The translations under genes and the position numbers were made by a program. From NCBI GenBank assembly GCA_905178155.1, contig CAJINV010000011.1:196154-260153 (forward strand): 64,000 nucleotides of DNA, in the 5' to 3' direction. The DNA comes from Amoebophrya sp. A120 (taxonomy: Eukaryota; Protista; Dinoflagellata). Positions 62,972 to 64,000 of this stretch are shown one piece after another; positions within the stretch are counted from its first letter, which is position 1, and every line of letters starts with the position of its first letter. The notes beneath the pieces were generated by a model that had not been told where the DNA came from, did no database searches, and saw only the letters and a list, made by a program, of their open reading frames with translations.

Positions 62972-64000
62972 TTTTTCGGCCAAGGTTGTTCGATGCTACT
63001 AGCTCGTAATAAATGCTACATATTGCTGCACACGTGGTACTATGTATCACAGCGGGACAACGAAGAGAAACTGGTCCAGGGGAAGCGTTTTCGGGATAGA
63101 AAGTAGCTTGTACTTGTTCAAACATCTTCTCTCTCAAGGCCGAATAAATGAAAATGATTGCAAAAGTAAAACTGCAAATAAAGAACCCTGTACTTCTCTC
63201 ATTTCCTCGAAATAAAGAGTCCGCACAACAAGAAATCCACGGTTTACAACCTCGCCGGAAACCCGACGTATACACGTAGATAAATCAGATGACACAGGCT
63301 GCGGCAAGTTCTTTTCGGCCCCGTCGCGCCATTGCAGAGTAGGGGCAGTGGAAAAGGCGGGCCTACGCACCAAGAAGCGGCACACCGACGGGCCAACCAC
63401 GCACGTGAAGCCGGGCCCGCGCCCGTTGGCCCTTGAAGAGCCTGCTGCGGCTGGTTGGGGCGCCAGGCGAAGGCGGGAACCCGGAATATGGCAAGGGCGC
63501 GGGAAGCTCACGCCCACGGGCGTGCCCTGCCCCAGCGGCCACGAGGGCGCGGTCCGGCTAGTAGCAGCCACCAGGCCTAGCGCTCGGCCCTTGGCTGTCA
63601 CTGCGCCACAGGCCAGCGGGGGCGCCAGTGATCCGCCACCCAGAAGAGGCCGGGGGCGCCCTTTCGCGCGGATTGCTGCCAGGAAGAGAGCCCGCCGCTC
63701 GAGTTGTTCAGTTTGTAGTCGCCTAAGGCCGTGCCGGCTTGTACGGGCTCGGCGCTTGTACGGCCGTGGATCTTGCCTGGTATAGCCTTCCAGCCCGGAC
63801 CTGGGCGCGTAGATAGGCCTGCGGCTCGAGGATGCCGCGTCCGGCGCTGGTGCCACTTGGTCCGGGAAATCGAGTCGCGTGCACCCGCCCACGCCGCCTT
63901 TCGCACCTGCACGCCGAAGCAGGTATCCGCTCGGCGGTGACGAATCTGGATCGGGGTCTGGCATTTTTTCGGTCACGGTGCGATAGATTCTGAATGCTAT

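Noticed and set aside
1-64000. tRNA, rRNA, spliced-leader or transposase genes; alternative genetic code
   Set aside because: None recognised by eye (not an exhaustive covariance search); in-frame stops are explained by introns.

Overview
Eukaryotic genomic DNA, most consistent with a syndinian dinoflagellate such as Amoebophrya (inferred from co-oriented genes, Ser/Thr/Gly-rich inserts and abundant non-canonical introns). All ~11 recognisable genes are on the minus strand. The ORF track looks fragmented because coding sequence is interrupted by 31 MITE-like elements of about 8 families. Each has terminal inverted repeats (TAT...ATA) and a 5-bp flanking direct repeat (DR), and they behave as non-GT-AG introns (introners): removing the element plus one DR copy restores conserved protein motifs in frame. 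Manual splicing of 10033->~2844 gives the main discovery, a ~1050-aa protein fusing a ubiquitin-conjugating E2 domain, a HYD1-type ADP-ribosyltransferase domain and a Deltex RING-H2+DTC module. One junction of this model lies in an N gap. A second unusual gene (39648->23576, ~4970 aa) joins a degenerate 3'-5' exonuclease-like domain to two complete Spindle-E/TDRD9-like DExH helicase modules. Other genes encode a divergent protein kinase, ATP11, a GH35 beta-galactosidase-like protein lacking its nucleophile, an APE2-like AP endonuclease, a DUF445 membrane protein, an AIFM2-like oxidoreductase and hypothetical proteins. Satellites, GC-rich intergenic blocks and three N gaps are also present. All splicing is inferred from DNA alone.
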